Assembly (NCBI RefSeq): GCF_036321535.1
Contig: NC_087437.1
Span: 114,454,001-114,518,000 of the forward strand
Origin: Camelus dromedarius
Taxonomy: Eukaryota
Direction: 5' to 3'
DNA: 64,000 nt
The position numbers were made by a program, and so were the translations under genes. Shown in pieces: positions 63,339-64,000 of this stretch (position 1 is its first letter; every line of letters begins with the position of its first letter). The notes below the pieces were generated by a model. It saw nothing but the letters and a program-made list of their open reading frames with translations, made no database searches and was not told the origin of the DNA.

Positions 63339-64000
63339 TTGTAGAAAAGGGAACCTTCCTACACTGTTGCTGGGAATGCAGTTTGGTGCAGGCATTATTG
63401 AAAACAGTAAGGAGATTCCTCAAGAAACTAAAAATAGACTTACCCTATGATCCAGCAATCCCACTCCTAGGCATATATCTGGAGAAAACTCTATTCCAAA
63501 ACCTAATGTTCATAGCGGCACTATACAATAGCCAAGACATGGAAACAACCTAAATGTCCATTGACAGATGACTGGATAAAGAAGCTGCGCTATAATTATA
63601 CAATGGAATACTACTCAGCCATAAGAAAGCTAAAATAACACCTTTGCAGCAACATGGATGGACCCGGAGATTGTCACACTAAGTGAAGTAAGCCAGACAG
63701 AGAAAGAAAAATACCATATCACTTATATGTGAAATCTAAAAAAAAAAAAAAAGACATAAATGAACATATTTACAAAACAGAGACAGATTTACAAACATAG
63801 AAAACAAACTCATGGTTACCATGGGGGAGAGGAGGTGGGGAGGGATAAATTAGAAGTTCAGGATTTGCAGATACTAACCAATATATATAAAATAGATAAA
63901 CAGCAACATTCCACTCTATAGCACAGGGAACTATATACAAGGCCAACTTGTAATGGCCTATAATGAAAAAGAATATGAAAAGGAATATATATATGTATAA
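63339..64000 (+). mobile_element. Young L1 3' part (runs off window end)
   Basis: Closely similar to 32448-33266 (AAACTAAAAATAGACTTACCCTATGATCC..). Confidence 0.9.

Noticed and set aside
1..64000. ORFs of 60-161 aa in the six-frame track as host genes
   Set aside because: None resembles a recognisable cellular protein, and many start at non-ATG codons. The recognisable ones are broken L1 ORF1/ORF2 or ERVL frames.

Overview
Mammalian genomic DNA, most likely from a camelid (Vicugna/Camelus). This assignment is an inference: there is a tRNA-derived SINE of the Vic-1 type and young L1 3' ends ending ...GACTGGGACATTATGCTGTACACCAGAAATTGACAC..., and I saw no Alu, BovB/Bov-A, PRE-1 or CAN SINEs. 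No complete protein-coding gene, RNA gene or CRISPR array can be supported. The ORFs in the track are either chance ORFs or broken L1/ERV reading frames. Much of the window is interspersed repeats: the 5' half of an ancient ERVL provirus with its LTR, many L1 fragments including one about 4.7 kb internally deleted copy, MaLR/ERVL/ERV1 solo LTRs (several nested, with visible TSDs), hAT MITEs, MIR, L2 and a CR1/L3 fossil. L1 copies are strongly biased to the + strand, which suggests the window lies in long intron(s) of a minus-strand transcript. Consistent with that, I see candidate minus-strand 24-nt and 21-nt micro-exons. The most unusual observations are TSD-flanked L1 5'-head-only retrocopies at repeatedly reused target sites and a spacer-less inverted pair of L1 tails. 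Repeat family names come from recalled consensus similarity, not from a database search, and boundaries are approximate unless a TSD is quoted.
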